Source: Candidatus Heimdallarchaeum endolithica (GTDB lineage: Archaea > Asgardarchaeota > Heimdallarchaeia > Heimdallarchaeales > Heimdallarchaeaceae). Taken from it: 64,000 nt of DNA. The stretch lies in assembly GCA_021513715.1 (NCBI GenBank), contig CP084167.1, forward strand, positions 576,001 through 640,000. The letters are read 5' to 3'. The notes under the pieces are model-generated. The model ran no database searches. It was not told where the DNA came from and was given only the letters and a program-made list of their open reading frames with translations. The position numbers and the translations under genes are program-made. Numbering within the stretch: position 1 is the first letter of the stretch; each line of letters starts with the position of its first letter. This document shows, in pieces, positions 50,215-60,967 of the stretch.

Positions 50215-52591
50215 TGGGACTGAAGAAGATCCTTATATTATTGAAAATTATTTTATTGAAGGAATACAAAGAAAAGGATTAGGTATTAATATTTTTGGAA
50301 CAACTAAATATTTCATTATTAGAAATTGTATATTAAAAAACTTTGAAAGAGGAATCGTAATATCTAATTGTAAAGAAGGAACTGCTAAATTAGAAAACAA
50401 TACTATTATTAATTGCAGAGAATTGGGAATATATGTTTTTAATACTTATGGCAGTATAATAAAAGATAATTGGTGCGAAGATTGTGAATTATCGGGAATA
50501 AGAACTGAGAATAGTAATGGTTCAATTTTTAATGATAATATTCTTTATCGAAATGAAGAAGGTATTTCAATTTATACCTCTGATGATAATGTTTTAACCA
50601 ATAATACCTTAATAAAGAATAACAGATGGGGTATTGCTTTAATATGGGGGAGTAAGAATAACTCAGTAAATTATAATTATTTTCTTGAAAATGTTGAAAA
50701 GCAAGGCCAAAATGAAGGCACTGATAATAATTGGAATAACAATTATTGGTCAGATTGGAGTGGTGTAGGAGCATACAGCAATTTTGGAGGAACTGAACCT
50801 GTACAAGATTCTTCTCCTCTTGTTTGTCAAGATACCGACAATGATAAGATAATTGATAAAATAGAAAATGTATTTCACACAGAAATTAATGATTCCGATA
50901 CTGACAATGATAGTTTATCTGATTACCAAGAAATACTTTATTCATTTTCTTCTCCGATAGATTCTGATACTGACTCTGATGGTATGCCTGATGGATGGGA
51001 AGTAAGTTTTGGTTTAGACCCCCTAACTGATGACTCTACAGAAGATCTTGATGGAGATGGATTAACTAATTTAGAAGAGTATCAAGCAAGAACTGATCCT
51101 ACAAAAAATGACACTGATGGAGATGGATTCAGCGATTATAAAGAACTAAAAAAATATGGTACAAATCCAACAAATAAGAAAAGTAATCCATTAAAAAAAA
51201 TAATGATAATTTCAACATATGTGATAGTAGGAATTATAATTTTATCTGGAATTACTTTAATTGCTTTATTAATTATTAAGGAAAGGCAGAAGAAGATAAT
51301 TGCAGAACTGTCAGAGAAGTGGAATGAAGAAAAAATAAGATTTGAAGCTATAGCAGAAGAAGCTGATGAAGTAATAAAGTTAGACCAAAATGAGTATTTG
51401 GAAGAATTACCTTTAGTTAGAGCTAAAATAAAAGAGTATATTCAAAAGAATAAGGGATTATTAAAGTCTATACCCTTTACAATTGGAAAACAAAATTCTT
51501 CATTGTTGAAGAAAATAGAAGAGGATATGAACAATTTCATCCCTAAAAACATTAATCAAGTGAAAAATAAACTTTTAGAGAAAGAAATGGAAATCTACTT
51601 CAATCAATGCATGAAATTAATTAGTGTTCTAACAAAAGAAAGTTTCTCTCAAATCACTGATTATGAAAAAGAATGGAAAGAATGGAAAGAGTGGAAGAAA
51701 AGGATAAAGGATACTTTAGAGAGAGAAATGGAAGAAAGAACAGGAGAAGAAAGAGAGATGATTAATAATTATAATAATGAAGCTATTGCTCTTTCAAAAC
51801 TATTAATAGAAAGAAAGCAAGAACAAATGTCTCATGAATTGGAAAAGTTACAAAAACAAATCATCGAACAAACTTTATCTACTAATTTGTTAAACCTAAT
51901 TAAAGAAATTAACAAAAATAGCAAAAAAATCTCAGATTATAATCTAATATTTAATTTAGAATATAAAAGTATTGAAAATAAAATAAGTGAAGAAGAAAGA
52001 AAAAGATTAATAGAAAAACATCAAGAAATAGAAGAAAAAATTGAACATTTAGTAATACTACCTCTGAAATTAATAAAAGACAAAGGAAGAGAATTATTAG
52101 AAGAAGGAGAAAAAGTGTATAAAATATTACTAAAGAAACAAACAAAAGAAAGTTTATACCGTTTTACAGAATATGAAAAAGAATGGAAAAAATGGAAGAA
52201 AAGAAGTGAAATTATCTTAGCAGAAGAAATAGAAATAAAAGAGTTAAAAAATGAAAAAGATTTAATTCAAAAAGAAAAGGAAGAACTGAAGGAAATCATA
52301 ACGCAAAACAAAATAAAATATAAAGAAGTGAAAAGAATAAAAGAATTTGTAGAAGTTTTATCTAACTTTAGCGAAATTAGTCTAGTTGAGTTGCAGCAAA
52401 GACTAGATTTTGCAGAATTACAAGAGCTGGAGATGTGGTTATTAGATCTAAGTTCTGTTCTTTCTATAAGAATAGAAGGAAATAAACTAATTATCCCTGA
52501 AAAAGCTACAAGAGAGATAACTCAATCAATAGATGAATTAATCAAACGATTCTCTGAATGGGAAAAAACAGGAGAAGGAAAGAAAATATAG
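50054..52591 (+). CDS. Array member 5 (short stalk, type I tail), divergent partner of member 4
   Basis: Starts MKYKISII, identical to member 4 (ATG 50054; the ORF-track start lies inside the IS end); tail [20 protein letters not shown]. Confidence 0.8.
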   Translation: MKYKISIIVLILVLFPSYLSVSSDIYLTNNINLKDSPISITSDSDFISLGFPGSGTEEDPYIIENYFIEGIQRKGLGINIFGTTKYFIIRNCILKNFERGIVISNCKEGTAKLENNTIINCRELGIYVFNTYGSIIKDNWCEDCELSGIRTENSNGSIFNDNILYRNEEGISIYTSDDNVLTNNTLIKNNRWGIALIWGSKNNSVNYNYFLENVEKQGQNEGTDNNWNNNYWSDWSGVGAYSNFGGTEPVQDSSPLVCQDTDNDKIIDKIENVFHTEINDSDTDNDSLSDYQEILYSFSSPIDSDTDSDGMPDGWEVSFGLDPLTDDSTEDLDGDGLTNLEEYQARTDPTKNDTDGDGFSDYKELKKYGTNPTNKKSNPLKKIMIISTYVIVGIIILSGITLIALLIIKERQKKIIAELSEKWNEEKIRFEAIAEEADEVIKLDQNEYLEELPLVRAKIKEYIQKNKGLLKSIPFTIGKQNSSLLKKIEEDMNNFIPKNINQVKNKLLEKEMEIYFNQCMKLISVLTKESFSQITDYEKEWKEWKEWKKRIKDTLEREMEERTGEEREMINNYNNEAIALSKLLIERKQEQMSHELEKLQKQIIEQTLSTNLLNLIKEINKNSKKISDYNLIFNLEYKSIENKISEEERKRLIEKHQEIEEKIEHLVILPLKLIKDKGRELLEEGEKVYKILLKKQTKESLYRFTEYEKEWKKWKKRSEIILAEEIEIKELKNEKDLIQKEKEELKEIITQNKIKYKEVKRIKEFVEVLSNFSEISLVELQQRLDFAELQELEMWLLDLSSVLSIRIEGNKLIIPEKATREITQSIDELIKRFSEWEKTGEGKKI

Positions 52592-52621
52592 AGAACATAG
52601 TTTTATTTTTTCTATTAAAAT

Positions 52622-52731
52622 TAGTACTTCCGCAATAAGTTGACCGATTTCTATAGGTTAAAATTATAGGCGTTCATACTATCATTGGTGTGTTCTCAAT
52701 TCATACTTTTTGAGATAATTCGGAAGTACTA
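52622..52731. mobile_element. Putative 110-bp MITE
   Basis: Terminal inverted repeats TAGTACTTCCG...CGGAAGTACTA with TA at both ends; more GC-rich than its flanks; non-coding, between convergent genes. Confidence 0.55.
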
Positions 52732-55260
52732 TAAAATATAATAAAAATAAAATATAATAAAAAAGTTATTTTTTCTTCCCCTTTCCTGTACGTTCCCACT
52801 CGGAAAACTGTTGAAGCAAATCATCAATAGCTGTAGTCATATCTTCTGCAACGAATTCACCTTCAAATTGTAAGTCAAAGATTACTTCTTCTCCTTCGAT
52901 CCTATTTGGTACATCTTTAGAGTAAGCATACAACCACAATTTCATGATTTCTAAGTCTTCAAAATTTAATAAAGGAGAAAGTTTGGTCAAACTTATTTTA
53001 TTGTAAACAGAACTAACTTTCTTAAGTCTTTCAAGTTTCATATTATTATTTTCAGCATCGTTAATTATTTTAGTTAACTCAGCTAATAATTGTTCATTTT
53101 TTTCCATCAGTTTTTGAACAATACTTAATTTTTCTGTAGCTAAATCTTTAATATCTGACCATAAAGGTTCAGAAGAAGCAAATTTAGTAAATGTTTTATG
53201 TTCAATAAAAGCTACTATGTAATTTAGGATTGATAATATCTCTTCATAACTAATAATTAGAGGTTTGAATTCTTTGTCCGACCAATCACTAATCAACTTA
53301 GCTAGCACTTCTTTAGTATATTCTTCTAGATTTGTAGAGTTAATAACTTCAATTAAAGAAACTATTTTATCATGAAGAGTGGTGCTGATAAAAGAAAAAA
53401 TCTCTTCATATATCTCATTAAATTGTGCTTGTTCGTTAGTTTTCAATTTTTTAATATTAGAACGAACAAAACTTAAGTTTTCCAGTAGAATTCCTAACTT
53501 TTCAAGATAGTTTCTTACTTCTTGTACTGAAGAAACAAGAACAATTAACAACGAAATATTGGCCAAATACTCTTTATACTTTTCATCTAACTCGGATTGC
53601 AAATAAATTAATCTTTCTAATTTTTTCTTTGTCTTTATTTTCATTCTTAATTTATTAATGATAAATACTACAGTAACTATAAATAATGGAAGTATGATAA
53701 AGTAACCTATCTTTTCTACTATCGTTAAGTAAATATTCTCTTCTACTGGACTTTTACCTTTTTCTACTTCCCAACCATCAAACTTACCATCTCCATCAGT
53801 ATCAGAATCCAAAGGGTCAGTAGAATTTTGATATTCACCCAAATTACTTAAGTCATCAATATCTGGATCTAAAAATGAGTCTCTATATAAAGGATTTAGT
53901 TTATATTCCACTTCCCATCCATCAGGCATAGAATCATCATCAGTGTCAGAATCCAAAGGGTCTGTAAGATAAGTGTTAACTTCTTGACCATCTGTTAAAT
54001 CATCATCATCAGTGTCAGAATCTAAAGGGTCAGTAAAATAAGTGTTAACTTCTTGACCATCTGTTAAATCATCATCATCTGTGTCAGAATCTAAAGGGTC
54101 AGTAGAATATTGAAATTCTCCTAAATTAGTTAGGCCATCAGAATCAAAATCCTCTTTGGCATCATCTGTTAGAGGGTCTAAATTATTCTCTACTTCCCAA
54201 CCATCAGGTATACCATCAGAGTCAGTGTCAGAATCCAAAGGGTCAGTAGAATAGAGTAATAGTTCTAAAATGTCATAGAGTTCATCAGAATCATTATCGA
54301 GTGGAGTTTGAGGATATTTATCAAAAGTCAATCCAGGTTCAATAAAGTAATTTTCACTAGTATCATTCCAGTCACTCCAATAATTTCCTTGTAACTTATC
54401 AATATTATACCAACAATTATTTTCTGTATCATCATAAGCTTGAGAGATTTTACCTAAATTATTATGAATGAAATTATTTCCAAATATTGTGTTATTAAAT
54501 GAAAATTTTAAGACTAAACCATAACCAAGATTTTTAAATAACACATTATTTGAGATTATTGATAGATTTACGTTAAATGATAATTCTATGCCAAAATGCC
54601 CATAAAAGCAATAGTTGTTAGTTAGGATGATATTAGTAGATTGATAAATAAACACACCATATTCATTCATATTACATGTATTATTAGTAAAGACTATATT
54701 ATCAGAATAAACAATAGAAATACCTTTATCTTCATTATTGTTACAAGTATTGTTAGCAAGAATATTTTTTTCAGAAAAAGAGAGAACTATGCCAAAACGA
54801 TTGTAGTTACATGTATTATTAACAAAAGTGATATTGGTTGAATAAGAAAGAGAAATACCGAACCAATTGTTATTACAAGTATTATTTGCAAGAGTAGTAT
54901 TTTGTGAATACAGTACGGTTAATCCTGCTACAACATTGGTTAGAATTTGGTTGCTTATTATAGTATTAGTACTATTAATAATGAACAGCTGTCCATAGTT
55001 GGATTCACTAATAACAATACCATTAAGATTAGTAAAGTAACCTAAAGGTTTACCATTGACATAGTTATTAAAGGCTTTAATTGAAAGAAAATTATCCAAA
55101 TTACCACTAATATACAATCCTCCACCACAAAAAGTGTTGTTTATAAGATTAATATTTATAGAATAGAGAAGAAAAATGCTACCATCATGATTATTGATAC
55201 AGGTATTGTTTACAATCATTGAATAATCAGAATAACTTATACAAATTCCAAAATTGTAAT

Positions 55261-55500
55261 TATTTTCACATGTATTATTAGTAAAGGTAACATTGCTGGA
55301 AGAAGAAAGAAAAATACCATTGTCATAGTTACTGTTACATGTATTATTAGTAAAGGTAACATTGTTGGAAGAAGAAAGAAAAATACCATTGTTATAGTTA
55401 CTGTTACATGTATTATTAGCAAAGGTAACATTGCTGGAAGAAGAAAGAAAAATACCACTGTAAAAGTTATTGTTACATGTATTATTAGTAAAACTAACAT
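55261..55500. repeat. 69-bp tandem repeat (about 3.5 copies) encoding 23-aa beta-helix coils
   Basis: CATGTATTATT recurs at 55269, 55338, 55407 and 55476; peptide NNTCNSNY.NGIFLSSS.NVTF. Confidence 0.85.
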
Positions 55501-56257
55501 TTTGCAAAAAATTTGTTGTTATTCCTGTTGTTGTATTAAAAATAACTTGATTTCTTATTATAATATCAGTACAATTGATGATAAACAGCTGACCATAGAT
55601 AGATTCACTAATAACAATGCCATTAAGATTAGTAAAGTAACCTAAAGGTTTACCATTAACATAGTTATTAAAGGCTTTAATAGAAAGAAAATTTTCAAGA
55701 TCACCTTGAATAAATAATCCATTGTTAAGAAAACTATTGCCATTAAGATAAACATTATCAGAAGAATAGAGATAAATACCATGGTTGTTGTTATTACATG
55801 TATTCATAGTAAGATTTGCATTATCAGAGGAATGCAAGTAAATACCACAATCGCTATTTTCACAAGTGTTATTAAAAAAAGTTGCAATTGTATAAGATAG
55901 AGAATTAAAACTAATGCCTTTGTAATTATTATTAATACAAGTATTATTAGCAATCGTTATTACTCCAGATTGTACATTTTCTATATTTATTCCTATACTT
56001 CTTGCATCAATGTAACAATTGCGAATAATGAAATTTTTCGTTATATTACAAATATAAATACCATAATAGCTAGAAGTAATAATACTATAATCTTCAATAA
56101 TATATGGTTCATCTTCTGTTCCTGAACCAGGAAAATCATAAGAAATGAAATCATCATCAGATGTTATCTCAATAGAATCACTAGCTTTTAATGTTGGAAT
56201 AGGAAAATTTCTATTCCTATTTACTTTATTTATATTCTTTTGTTGAAAGTTTATAGG

Positions 56258-57272
56258 TGTTTACTCAATAGACTTGGGTTACACTTTTGGGTACTAGAGA
56301 AACATAGGGGTGATTCATAAATCTTTCTCCTGGGGTGAGGAAGTTAAGAGATTGGTGAGGACGACTAAAATTGTAGTAAGAGCGGTAGTAGGAGAGATCT
56401 ACGTTGCAGTATTTTAGACCTAATCTTTCCATCTCACGGATGATTGTTGGGTCCCATGTAGTCTTTCTACTTTTCCACATGTTTCGGGGTGAAAAACTCT
56501 AGCTCTGATGTGTTTTATTCCTTCTGTTTGACACCAACGGGAGAAGGTACTTGTTCCTCCTCTAACGGAAGAGAAGAGTGCTCCATTGTCCGTGAGGATA
56601 GACTCGGGGTAACCGTACTCTTTTATTGCTTCCTCTAGTAGATTTATTATCTGCTCTTTTTTTGGTGCAAAAGGGTGGAATTTAGCTCCCAGACAGAATC
56701 GTGAGTGGTCGTCTATCAAGGTTATGAGATGGAGATGTTGTCCCTGTTCTTCTACCCAGAATGGTCCTTTCACATCTATTTGCCAGAGTTCGTTAGGTTT
56801 TTGACGTTCAAAACTCTTGTATCGAGGTCTCTTCCTCTTTTTTCTATTGACCCATAAAGGAAGACCTAACTCTTTTATTACTTTCGTCACTGTCGTCTGA
56901 GAGAGTGCTTTTCCTTCTCTCTTCAACAAATAAGCTATCTTCTCCACATTCATTCCTTGTTTTATTCTTAACTCCCTTATCCTCTCTTTTAACTCCTCAT
57001 CCACTTTCCTGTGTATAGTTTTTGGTCTGGAGGATCTATCTTTCCACCATTCTCCTTCAGGGTTCTCTCTGAACCTCTTCAACCACTTATACACAAACTT
57101 CCTACTCACCATATACTTGTGAGCTATCTCTTTTATCTTCTCTCCTTCCAAAGCTTTTTTAACTACAATTTTTCTTAGTTTCTCCAGGTTACGTTCGGTC
57201 TTATTCATATTTAATCACTTACCCACGTAACCCACTTCTATTTATTTGTTACCAATGTGAGTGGAGTATACA
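56258..57272 (-). mobile_element. IS481-family copy 2, 1015 bp, with a 16-bp target-site duplication
   Basis: GTTGAAAGTTTATAGG at 56242-56257 and 57273-57288; ends TGTTTACTCA...GGAGTATACA. Confidence 0.9.
56265..57208 (-). pseudogene. Frameshifted IS481 transposase
   Basis: 5-bp insertion (TGGGT, 56448-56452) relative to copy 1 splits it into ORFs 56420..57208 and 56265..56480. Confidence 0.85.
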
Positions 57273-57560
57273 GTTGAAAGTTTATAGGCTTAACACTTTT
57301 TAATTTGTAACCATTAAATGTTACTAGTATCAATATTAAAAGAACCAATAATATTGACAATCTCTTTTTTAACAATTTTCTCTTTATATATATTTTTTTT
57401 ATTCTTAAAATATTTTTGTCAAGAAATTATTTTTGATATTTTTGATAAATAAATAAGAAAAACATCATAAAAGAGCCAATAGTCATTTTTGTAAATTAAA
57501 AATATCGAAGTGAAACTATAATTATTTGAAATTATAACTAAATAATATTGTAAAAAACGA

Positions 57561-60500
57561 TCATTCTTTTTTACCTTTCCTTGCTTGTTCCCATTCACTA
57601 AATTTATCTATTAGTTCATCAATAGACTGAGTAATCTCTTCAGTGATTTTTTCAACAATAACTAATTTTTCTCCTTCAATTCGAATAGACAGAATAGAGC
57701 CAAGTTCAACCAACCATAATTCAAGATCATTAAGTTCTTCAAAACCTAGTTTTTCCTGCAAAGTGACTAAAGGTATTTCAGAACTAGTAGATAGAACCTT
57801 AAAGAATTCTTTAGCCCTCTTTATTTCAACTTCTCGAGAATCAAAATAATTTATTTTTTCTTCTACTTTTTCTTTTAATTCATAGTATTGTTCTATTCCA
57901 TTGCTGGATAGCTCTCCTACTGTCTCTGTGTTCATAACCCTACTATAATTTTCTTTCCAGTTAGCTAATTTTTCTTCAAACTCTTTAAAATATAACTCAC
58001 TTTCTGTTATTTTTCCTTTTAGAGAATACACAAACAGATTATCTATTTCTTTTACTAGCTCTTCTCCTTTTTTATCCAACAATATTAAAGGATAAAGATG
58101 AATAAGGTCTAGAACTTCTTGTCTCTTATTTTCTATTTCTTGTGATTCCTCTAACAAGTCTTTTCTTTCATCATTTGTTAATCTGTCAGAAATTACTTTA
58201 AGTTTAGATTGGAAAAAATCACGAAAAGCATCTGTTATCTCTGATAACTTTTTTACTTTCTCGTAGTTAATATTAATGTTTAAGTCTTGTTGATTAATTA
58301 TTTCTTTCTCTATTTCTAAAATTTCATCAAAGGTTTGTTTTTTGTGTATCTTAATTTGATTAATGTACGCATTTAATTCTTCTTTTGAAATTGACTCATC
58401 AATATCTTTGATTTCATAGATCTTGGAAGAAAGCAAAGCATTTCGTATATCTATTTTTTCTATCTCTTTGGCATAGATTAAGTACTCATTACTTAATTCT
58501 TTGAATTCAAAAAAGATTTTAGCTATCCTTTTATTATAATTATCAAGATCTATTTTTTTATAATCGTTCTTTTGCACATAGCTATTGGTCTGTTGCAAAT
58601 CAGAGAGAAGTTGTTGCTTCTTTTCTAATATTTTATTCAACAATAAGATATATTCATCTGTAATTTTTCTTTCTAATTCAGTCTTAATTTGTGATAACTT
58701 TTCTATAAAATCATTAATCTCCCTTTTCACTTTTTCAAATTTAATAATATTTTTCTTTCCAATTATTATCTTAAATAAAATAAACTTTGAGCGATAGGAC
58801 CCAATAATATTATCTAATTGTTTAGCACTATTAACCCATTCTTTAAAATTCTCAGGTGAATATGATTGAAGAAGGTATTCATCTATTTTTTCCTTAAATT
58901 TATTAAATTCCAAAAATTGTTGATCATGTTCGTTCTTCAGTTGGATGATTTTTTCTCTTTGTTTTTTCTTAATTAGTAAAATAATTGTTATTATGCTTCC
59001 TATAACTAAAAAACTCAATAGACAAGAAAGCACAATTTTAATTTTTTTTGCTCGAGGATTGCTTAATTTATTTAATGGATCACTTCCATAAATGATTATT
59101 TCATCATAATCATCAAATTTATCATCATCTGTGTCATTTTTTGTTGGATCTGTCTGGTAGGCATATATTTCTTCATAATCAGTTAAACCATCTCCATCAG
59201 TGTCAGAATTCATGGGGTTAGTCAAGAAAGAAATGACTTCTTGATAATCAGTTAAACCATCACTATCTGAATCTTTTTTATAAGGAAGAGAATGAAATTT
59301 TTCAACTTCTTCATAATCACTTAATTTATCATCATCAAAATCTTCTTCTCTTATACATCCCCCAAAAGTAACTTCGTCTCCATCATTAAGGCCATCTCCA
59401 TCAGTGTCAGGATTAAGAGGATAAGCAAACCATTGATATTCTTCTAAATTAGTTAAACCATCTCCATCAGAATCTGCCTTGGGATCATCCAAATTATAGA
59501 CAATTTCCCAACCATCGTCCATTCCATCATTGTCATCATCATTCTCAACAGATACTATTCTTCTTGGAAAAATATCACCAATTTCAGCACCATATATAGA
59601 ATAAAAATTGGTAGTACCATCCCAGTCTTCCCACAAATTACCAATCAGTAAAGTAGGAGAATACCAGAAACTATTTGTTCCATAATCTTCGTTTAGATCC
59701 TTAATTTTCATAAAAGTATTATTGTAGACAATGTTGTAATCTCCTCTTTCACCTATTCTTACGCCCCCTAAACCTGTTCCACAAAAGAGATTGTTATGAA
59801 TCAAACTGTTGCTTACTTCAAAACCATAAGAAATACCAAAGTTTGTAGAATTGTATATTTTATTATTGCTAATATCAACATTATTACATTTTTCTAAATA
59901 TAATCCATCTGCTGTAGCTCCTATTATCAAGTTATATGAGATTTCAATTTCGTCATTCCCACTAGACCATATGCATGAAGTCCCATCAGTAGTTGTTTTT
60001 TCTAAATTATTGTGAGTGATTGTTATTTTTTTATTATCTCTAACTCCAATGCTTCCTGCTCCATTAGTTATACATTTATTTTCAGTAATTGTAACATTTG
60101 AAGATTCAGAAATTAAAATACCAAAACGAGAGTTATTAGCAGAATAATTATTTTTTATCAAGCTATCTCCAGATTGATGTACCAATACCCCATCTTGATT
60201 ATAAAGAAGAGTACAATTCTCAACTATTACACCACCACTCCTCATTTCTGAAGAAATACCAAGTTCATAACCTTGAATAAAGCAATTTCTGATAATTACT
60301 GAAGAACTGACATAACGAATAAGAATTCCATAAGAACCTTTCCTATAGTATGTACTACCTGTTGATATCTTATAATTTTCAATTATATATGGGTCTTCTT
60401 CTGTTCCTGAGCCAGGACAACCCAATTTTGCAAAGTCTTCTTCACTTGTAATTGCTATAGGATGATGGTCAATATAATCAATTTTTTGACTATTATTTTT

Positions 60501-60752
60501 TTCAAAAATTGTTTTTGGATAAGAAATGCTATGATTTGCATCTCTCTTGTTTAGAAATGATTTTTGCTTATTAATCGAGAGAAAATTAACAAATGTTTTT
60601 TCAGTTTCTGATTTGTTCCTATTATATTTAGAATAGTTTTCATACTCATAATTATTTATTAAGGGAAAAGAAGGAAGAAGGAAAAGAATAATAATTAAAG
60701 AAAAATCAACAATTCTATTAAAATTTGGCAATATATTATTTAATATTTTCAT
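57561..60752 (-). CDS. Array member 7 (type I tail), close paralog of member 3
   Basis: Near-identical middle block and C-terminus to 42074..45259; diverged beta-helix tip and juxtamembrane coil. Confidence 0.8.
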   Translation of the reverse strand: MKILNNILPNFNRIVDFSLIIILFLLPSFPLINNYEYENYSKYNRNKSETEKTFVNFLSINKQKSFLNKRDANHSISYPKTIFEKNNSQKIDYIDHHPIAITSEEDFAKLGCPGSGTEEDPYIIENYKISTGSTYYRKGSYGILIRYVSSSVIIRNCFIQGYELGISSEMRSGGVIVENCTLLYNQDGVLVHQSGDSLIKNNYSANNSRFGILISESSNVTITENKCITNGAGSIGVRDNKKITITHNNLEKTTTDGTSCIWSSGNDEIEISYNLIIGATADGLYLEKCNNVDISNNKIYNSTNFGISYGFEVSNSLIHNNLFCGTGLGGVRIGERGDYNIVYNNTFMKIKDLNEDYGTNSFWYSPTLLIGNLWEDWDGTTNFYSIYGAEIGDIFPRRIVSVENDDDNDGMDDGWEIVYNLDDPKADSDGDGLTNLEEYQWFAYPLNPDTDGDGLNDGDEVTFGGCIREEDFDDDKLSDYEEVEKFHSLPYKKDSDSDGLTDYQEVISFLTNPMNSDTDGDGLTDYEEIYAYQTDPTKNDTDDDKFDDYDEIIIYGSDPLNKLSNPRAKKIKIVLSCLLSFLVIGSIITIILLIKKKQREKIIQLKNEHDQQFLEFNKFKEKIDEYLLQSYSPENFKEWVNSAKQLDNIIGSYRSKFILFKIIIGKKNIIKFEKVKREINDFIEKLSQIKTELERKITDEYILLLNKILEKKQQLLSDLQQTNSYVQKNDYKKIDLDNYNKRIAKIFFEFKELSNEYLIYAKEIEKIDIRNALLSSKIYEIKDIDESISKEELNAYINQIKIHKKQTFDEILEIEKEIINQQDLNININYEKVKKLSEITDAFRDFFQSKLKVISDRLTNDERKDLLEESQEIENKRQEVLDLIHLYPLILLDKKGEELVKEIDNLFVYSLKGKITESELYFKEFEEKLANWKENYSRVMNTETVGELSSNGIEQYYELKEKVEEKINYFDSREVEIKRAKEFFKVLSTSSEIPLVTLQEKLGFEELNDLELWLVELGSILSIRIEGEKLVIVEKITEEITQSIDELIDKFSEWEQARKGKKE

Positions 60753-60967
60753 TTCTAAAACAAGTATGTACTTTATATAAAAAAATATAAGTTTTTCTTC
60801 TTTATTTCAAACTTAAAATAATCATTTATCAAGTTCAATTTACATAAAAAATAAAAAAAAAGAATACAAAAAATCAATGAAAAAACATACAATCCCCAGA
60901 ATAGATAAAGAAAGAGAATAAAAAGATTTAATATTTCAATTTTTTCTAGAAAATAAAATTTTTGAGA

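Larger units (their letters stand above)
52766..57375 (-). pseudogene. Array member 6 (long beta-helix, type II tail) interrupted by IS481 just after its signal peptide
   Basis: TTG at 57375 gives MLKKRLSILLVLLILILVTFNGYKLKSVKPINFQ. Deleting the IS plus one TSD joins it in frame to QKNINK...FPGSGTEDEPYII and to the 52766..55837 ORF. Confidence 0.85.
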
